DNA of 59,911 bases from positions 1 through 59,911 of the forward strand of contig PDIP01000050.1 in the NCBI GenBank assembly GCA_002811645.1. Direction: 5' to 3'. Position 1 is the first letter of the stretch. Each line of letters starts with the position of its first letter. The notes under the pieces are model-generated. The model worked only from the letters and a program-made list of their open reading frames with translations. It did not search any database and was not told the origin of the DNA. Of this stretch, positions 54,254 through 59,911 are shown piece by piece. The position numbers and the translations under genes were made by a program. This DNA is from Corallochytrium limacisporum Hawaii (Eukaryota; Protista; Pluriformea).

Positions 54254-55678
54254 ATGGATGACCGCATTTACATTGTACTGTACCCAAACAGCAACATCGA
54301 GCCACAGAGTGGCAAACCCTTCGTTGTGTCTCCTTCCGCGAACTGGGCAGAGACCAAATCCGCTTGCTACAACCGCCTCTATGGGGTTCCGAACGCAGGA
54401 GCGGCCCTTTTTGACGTCATGGGGAAACCTGTCCTCACTGCCTACGACCTTGTACAAGGCCAGCCGATTGTAGTCACAGACGGGCAGAGCGCCGGAGCTA
54501 ATGTCCAGGAGGACTTTGACAGCGAGCTCATGAACGTGCTGGGCGGCCAATCGTTCCAGAGTGAGGTCACAAACTCTGTCGGCAACGTTGGTGATCTACT
54601 GCAAGAGGGTCTTGGTGGTGTCTACGGTAAGGTTGATCCAGAGGGCACCCACAACTTGGCCCATCTTCAAGTCTGGCTCGGTGATGTGGACAACCAGATC
54701 GGAGACGTGGGCAATGGCTTTGACAATGGCAACGGTGCCGCTGCAGCAGCTGCACTGGCCGACGCCAACAACCCGGCCAAGCGTAGGGCTCTGGGTAAGC
54801 CGGACATTCCCTCAATTGACCTCAACGGTGTAATTCAGCAGGCTAAGGGCTTTGGAAACACTGCCAGCAGCCAGAACAGTGCTCGCAGCGACACGGGTGC
54901 TGCCCCGGGACAGAAACCAAAGCGCAAGACCGTGCGCCTGAGCTCACACAAGCAAGCTGAACAGCGCAGCCGCGACAAGCTTCGCAACAGCATGAAGACA
55001 CTCATGCTCGAAATTCCGAGTCTGGGCAAAGAGGAAAAGATGCCCAGCAAGGCTGCTATCCTGGAGATGGCTGCAGAGTACATTCGCAAGAAGAACATTG
55101 AGACCCGGGAGCTTGTTGAACAGCTGCGGAAGACCGCCGCCGAAGCCGAAGAAAAGAAGAATCGCGTGAACGCGATCAACCAAGACCTGAAGGCCAGCTC
55201 TTTCACCACCCTGGAGATTACTGATCAGAACGGCATGTATACCTACGTGAACGAGAACTGGTGCCGAATCTTTGGCTTCGTGCGGGAGGAGGTCATTGGC
55301 AAGCTCTACCGTGAGAACACGGACTGCAGCAGTTGCAAGATCATGGACGCTAAGCAACAGCAGATTGATGCGCAACTGAAACGTGGCGAGGACTGGCGTG
55401 GCATGGTGCTTAGCCGAAGCAAGGACGGTGTGGCGCTTAGTTCTTTCTGCGTGATAAACCCCGTGCTCGGACCAAACGGCGAGGTATTCCAGTACGTTTG
55501 CGTTCGAAGCCGCTTCCAGGCGATCGATGAGGACGACGTCACCGAGAAGTGTTCCGTCAAGTACGGCTTGAGCGAAGACGATGCCGTGGACAACTCTGCA
55601 TTGCTGGCCTACATGATCAAGGCGAACATTCGCCGCCAGAGCCAGTCAACTGCAGCGGTCGACGGAACGGCAGCTTAA
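54254..55678 (+). CDS. bHLH-ZIP transcription factor with an N-terminal DCX/KHA-like beta-grasp domain and a single C-terminal PAS/PAC domain, 474 aa
   Basis: N-terminus IYIVLYPNSN...GKPFVV...LFDVMGKPVLTAYDLVQGQPIVVTDGQ. bHLH SHKQAEQRSRDKLRNSMKTLMLEIP...PSKAAILEMAAEYIR plus coiled coil (~54930-55190). PAS LEITDQNGMYTYVNENWCRIFGFVREEVIGK...GEDWRG..RSKDG...INPVLGPNGEVFQYVCVR (~55200-55515). Confidence 0.9.
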   Translation: MDDRIYIVLYPNSNIEPQSGKPFVVSPSANWAETKSACYNRLYGVPNAGAALFDVMGKPVLTAYDLVQGQPIVVTDGQSAGANVQEDFDSELMNVLGGQSFQSEVTNSVGNVGDLLQEGLGGVYGKVDPEGTHNLAHLQVWLGDVDNQIGDVGNGFDNGNGAAAAAALADANNPAKRRALGKPDIPSIDLNGVIQQAKGFGNTASSQNSARSDTGAAPGQKPKRKTVRLSSHKQAEQRSRDKLRNSMKTLMLEIPSLGKEEKMPSKAAILEMAAEYIRKKNIETRELVEQLRKTAAEAEEKKNRVNAINQDLKASSFTTLEITDQNGMYTYVNENWCRIFGFVREEVIGKLYRENTDCSSCKIMDAKQQQIDAQLKRGEDWRGMVLSRSKDGVALSSFCVINPVLGPNGEVFQYVCVRSRFQAIDEDDVTEKCSVKYGLSEDDAVDNSALLAYMIKANIRRQSQSTAAVDGTAA

Positions 55679-57237
55679 AGCACCAAAAACCGTTCATTCT
55701 TCCATCATCATCCAAAGCATCATCCACTCACTCATTCCCATTTGAGATTTTTTGTTTTTGCCAAGGCTATCCATCCAGTCCAATGAATCCCCAATCAAAC
55801 AAAACAAGAAACCACCAAACCTAAAAGCAACAAAAAAAAGAACATATTCATAATACACAGTATACCAAGATGTAACAAGGTGATGTTGAAACGAAACCGG
55901 CCCTTCGCGCGGGAAGACGGCGGGGAAGAAGTATGGATGAGGATGGCAGTATATATAAAATGAATCTTTAAATAATGTACTACATGAATGTTCTATTTTT
56001 ATATAAAGTCCGTATATATTTTCCTCAGAGCCCAACCGCCGGTTTGCTCAGTTCCACCTCCTCCGGGGAAAAACCCTCCCACCACTCATCACCCGAACGA
56101 CCAGGAAGCCCCCCCTGGTGACGAGCTCAGTTCTCGTTTCTCGCCGTCGACTGCCCTCTTCCTCCCCCCTTGAAGGGGGGGGGGGTTTGTTCTCACCCGA
56201 CAGTTTCCCACTTCCTCCCCCCTTTCCTTCGTTCGCCTTTGGGGGCCGGCCCACAGCTGTCCGTCCAACTTGGCCCGCCTTTCCGCCGCCCCCTCCCTTT
56301 TCCTTCCGTTGATCTCCCTCTCCTCCCCTGCCTCCTGGTCCCTTTGCACCGGCCCCCTCCCCGTCCCCCCCCCCACAAACCCCAACTGCCGCCAGCACTG
56401 TCATTTCCCGATTTTTGTTTGCAACATTTCGCCCGGTTTTTTTTTTTCGCTTTGGGTGCGCCACGAAGGGAGACGAAGGAAAAAAAGTTTTCGACTTTTC
56501 GTATTCATTGCAATACCCTGCGATTTTTTAATAACACTGCCTCCCGTCCCCTGCCTTCCAAGGGGTTAGGGGGCCGACGGGTCTCGGGGAAGGAAAAGGC
56601 GAGGGAGGGAAGGGGGGGGGGAGTTTGGTGGCGTTTGGATTCACTGGGTGTGCCGTCCGAGAGCTGGCGCAACCCGGGGTGTGGATGGCTTGTATTCGGC
56701 TCGAAGATCGATTCAAATGCAGGACTATTGTGGTATAAAAGGGAAAGAAATATTAAGTTTATGGTGGGAACGAATTTTTGGTCAGGGGTAACTGCTTGTA
56801 CACTCACCGATCAGTACCGACAAGAAAGTCCGGTGGGCATATCGGTCTCGGAGTTGTACCCGGTCACGTGGCAAGGGTAGTTGGAGAACGAGAATGGTAT
56901 GGAACTCAAGTAGCCACCACAATCGTAGCCAATTGTATTTTTTTTGTAAAATTTAAGAAACGTAGATAGATGAATACCAAAAAACGATGAGCACAGCCAC
57001 GACGTCTGCGTGTCCGGCCACAGTACTCGCGACCGATCTACGCGGCAGTTTTTGTACGGGAGCGAGAGTAGTCGTCGAATTAGACCAATGCAAGGGACGC
57101 TGGGAGGCAATTTGTCGATGTTTCTTCTTCACAGAATGCACCACGTGCCAAACAACACTCGAGCTTGTGGAAATGATAAATGAAGACATTGATGAAGGCT
57201 GTTGGGTCATTCCCTGGGACCAGACGTCGCTCATTCC

Positions 57238-57993
57238 ATGCTGGTGGTTGACAATTTGAGAAGCATTGGCATCGTCGACGGTACTTTGGCGATGCCTGCA
57301 TTAAGGCCTCAACTTTCGACAATTAAAAACAGCGCGCGTCGAGCATATCACCGGAACCAGGCGGAGATGCTGAGCCAACTGCTGGAGGATACCATGGCCT
57401 CCTGCGACTCACAGTCTATGGCCAAAACTGAGGAGCTCATGTACGGTAACAGATGGCGCCGGAAGTGGGTCCGTGACTTTGTACAGAACCACAAGGCCAA
57501 TATCGGTGTCCACCCATTCTTGCGTGGCGTGATTGAGTTGTGTAAATTGATGAAGCGCGCTCAGACACTGCCCCAAACGATTGTTGTTTGGTCCATCAAC
57601 GACGCAGTCCTCTCGCAGGCTGGCACTGCCTTCCTCAAAGATTCGGTCACCCTCCTGTGCGGTGTCTTTGGTGCGGTTGCAGAGATCCTCGACGGGGGTG
57701 AGACTATCATTGACTCTGAAGAGGACTGCTCGTACCAGCGGGACTGGTACTTTGCACCGCAGACGGATAAGACCCATCTCGCTGAGATTGCCAGCGCTCT
57801 GCCGTCTCCATGTCGGTTGGAGGGTCTGCCCTCAGGAGACTTTCGGACAGAGAGTTTGGAGCTCCTGGACAGCAACATGCAGTCTCTACTCACGCATAAG
57901 GCGCAGACCGCAGAGATACAGCAAAGAATGGGTCTACTGAGTTGCTTTGGCGCACTGTCGTTGATACATGACCAGAAACCTTATAGTAGATAG
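57238..57993 (+). CDS. Uncharacterised protein; start uncertain (57238, 57292 or 57367)
   Basis: About 250 codons with protein-like blocks WRRKWVRDFV..GVHPFLRG, VWSINDAVLSQAG..FLKDSVTLL and WYFAP. No family I can name. Confidence 0.7.
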   Translation: MLVVDNLRSIGIVDGTLAMPALRPQLSTIKNSARRAYHRNQAEMLSQLLEDTMASCDSQSMAKTEELMYGNRWRRKWVRDFVQNHKANIGVHPFLRGVIELCKLMKRAQTLPQTIVVWSINDAVLSQAGTAFLKDSVTLLCGVFGAVAEILDGGETIIDSEEDCSYQRDWYFAPQTDKTHLAEIASALPSPCRLEGLPSGDFRTESLELLDSNMQSLLTHKAQTAEIQQRMGLLSCFGALSLIHDQKPYSR

Positions 57994-58262
57994 ATATGTA
58001 ACAGTAATGTCTGTATTTTCTCATGAGCTAGACCGTCTGATTTGATATGAACAACTTGGTGTTCGAGTCTCGAGCCTAACCCGTGGACGTCTTTGATTCT
58101 AACGTCAGGGTCTGGTTGTGTACTCTCTCTGTGTAACACTCCGTACATAGAACTCGTTTTGTGGAAATTGCGGGACTACATGAAACAGTGATAATGTGAA
58201 ATGCTGAGAATGTTGGCCCGGAGAAGGGTGAGAACCAAATGATGGTGCGATGGAACGTTGTC

Positions 58263-58583
58263 CTATGCGACGTTGTTCGAGTCGTCATCGTCACCGTCGT
58301 GTGGCCGTGTTGTTGACGATACGAGATTATTGACGGCCTTGGGTGCTTCGATTGCTCTGTCTCGCGTCTGAGCCGATAGGGCAAAAAAGACGACAAATAG
58401 ACCAGCTAGGGTGAGGTAGTAGAGCATATCTTCGTTGGAGACTTCAGAAGATCCACCGTTCGGGTTCTGGAGGTTAACAATCTGTTCCATATGGTCAGGG
58501 GGACTCAATCGCCCATTCCGGTAGGCAATAAGAAAATTGATAAGACCGGCAATGCGGTCACAAATGCACTCGCACCCGCTCAT
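58263..58583 (-). CDS. SMIM14: Small integral membrane protein 14-like (DUF2615)
   Basis: N-terminal CECIC...GLINFL (compare SMIM14 CECVC...RLINLL), one TM segment YLTLAGLFVVFFAL, and a short polar tail. Confidence 0.7.
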   Translation of the reverse strand: MSGCECICDRIAGLINFLIAYRNGRLSPPDHMEQIVNLQNPNGGSSEVSNEDMLYYLTLAGLFVVFFALSAQTRDRAIEAPKAVNNLVSSTTRPHDGDDDDSNNVA

Positions 58584-59527
58584 GTTTCGGAAATTCGTTT
58601 GCAGACTCGCCCAGCTTCAAAAACTTATTTAAGAGAGACTAAATATATCGCTCTCTTGACTGAGAACACAGCGCTAGAAAGAACAATGTCAAACTAGTTG
58701 TGGATCATTGCGATAAGACTTATAGTGAGAGAAACTCGCCCTTACTATGTTATCACCCCTATCATAGTGGACTCAACTCTGTTCTACAAATACCAAGGTC
58801 CAAAACTTAGTAGTAGGATGAGCGACCCGCCGTTGGAACCATAGACTTCGAAGTGTACACCTACGCAGAGAACAAAAAGGCCAAACTGAAGTGCAAAGCT
58901 TACAAAGACGTAAAGGGTTCGGAAACCCGTCTGGACTGAAAGCAAGTGCTTTCGCGCTCTGCTCTTCTGTCACCCAACCGCGTAGGTTGCGCCCCGGGAG
59001 CGGGCTGTGCCAGGCCAGCTGGTATGCAAAACACCCGCCCACTTTCATCGCTGATCAGAGAAGATCGCAGAGCAGCATTCCCTTCCCTTGCCTCCCCTGC
59101 CTCCCCTCCCTCCTGCGTTTCCCGCAGCGGCTCTAATCTACCGCGCAGGCCCCCCCCCCCCGCCTTCCCTCTCCTGCGATGGTCTAGCCAGCCCGGCTGG
59201 TAGCGCTCCGATAGGAAGAGCCACAAAAATAAATAAAAAAAAAACCCCCATCACCCAAAACACCCCCCATCCCCGCTTCACCGAGGGGCTGGGGTTCGGC
59301 GTTTATATTAATTCCATTTCTTTCGGCTTCAGAGACCAGAAGAGTAGGTTGAATTTGCAGGGCCATGGCCTCGTCCTGTGAGACGTATTCGTCAAATGAC
59401 CTATCCTGTCTCCCTCGTCCCTCCTCCAGGGCGCGGGGCCCCACAACCTCAACCCTTCCAGAACCCCCCCCCACCCCCGTTCACCTTTGGCGTGCTCGCG
59501 GTAGAGAAGAGATAAGAGTGCCTTCTG

Positions 59528-59593
59528 CACACAGACAGACACAGAGAGAGAGAGAGAGTGTGTGTGTGTGTGGGTGTGTGGGTGTGTGGGTGT
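59528..59593 (+). repeat. Compound microsatellite (CA/CAGA)-(GA)n-(GT)n-(GGGTGTGT)n
   Basis: cacacagacagacacagagagagagagagagtgtgtgtgtgtgtgggtgtgtgggtgtgtgggtgt is read directly. Confidence 0.9.
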
Positions 59594-59911
59594 CCGTTCT
59601 TTTTGGAAACCGAAACCAACGATCGGAACAACACATCAGCGACCTAGCTGCGAACCCATATTACCACCACCGCCTCCGGCGGACAAAACAAGTTAGAATG
59701 TTACAGGACCCGGGGATTGCCTACGGGTCAAACCGAAGGAAATAGAAAACGGTTTCAATTTTTTGTTTCTTAATTTTTTCTTGTTGCTTTGGACGTCCAT
59801 ACGCTACGTGTGTTGGAAAATTATCGTGTGAGGTATCACCCAAAATACACGGACCCTTTTTGTTGGATATTCTGCCAAAGATCAAAAGTTCGCCCGTTGG
59901 AGATTCCCCCC

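Noticed and set aside
59570-59593. TG1-3 telomere-like sequence
   Set aside because: Only three units, internal, and continuous with a GT microsatellite.
1-59911. Transposons, CRISPR arrays, rRNA/tRNA genes, alternative genetic code, trans-splice acceptors
   Set aside because: No transposase, RT or integrase motifs, terminal repeats or spaced repeat arrays were seen. Conserved genes read through in the standard code, and there is no uniform acceptor before the ATGs.

Overview
Gene-dense, almost intron-less eukaryotic nuclear DNA in the standard genetic code, with about 23 protein-coding loci and one 140-N assembly gap. Animal-type families (TMEM179-, OCIAD1-, SMIM14-, LRRC57-, FAM184-like) occur alongside features typical of non-animal opisthokonts (Yak1 kinase, TACTAAC branch point, snR38 inside the eEF1B-gamma intron). 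This suggests an intron-poor unicellular holozoan such as a Corallochytrium-like organism (inference). Most genes are housekeeping: LARP1, eEF1B-gamma, NOP16, HEATR3, VPS36, GTPBP6/HflX, FNTA, BLTP2/FMP27, RNASEH2B, Sec20. Highlights: (1) two E-box-class bHLH factors each fused to a ligand-sensing domain and a beta-grasp-like module (bHLH-PB1-CRAL/TRIO at 1269-3071; DCX/KHA-like-bHLH-ZIP-PAS with CxxC at 54254-55678), candidate one-component sensor-regulators; (2) the only coding intron found hosts a box C/D snoRNA matching snR38; (3) a putative PUA/DUF3427-like modified-base reader; (4) recurrent promoter architecture of C/G-tract, ApT-poor cores flanked by ApT-dense patches; (5) a frameshifted FAM184-like locus. 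All family assignments come from remembered motifs; no database searches were run.
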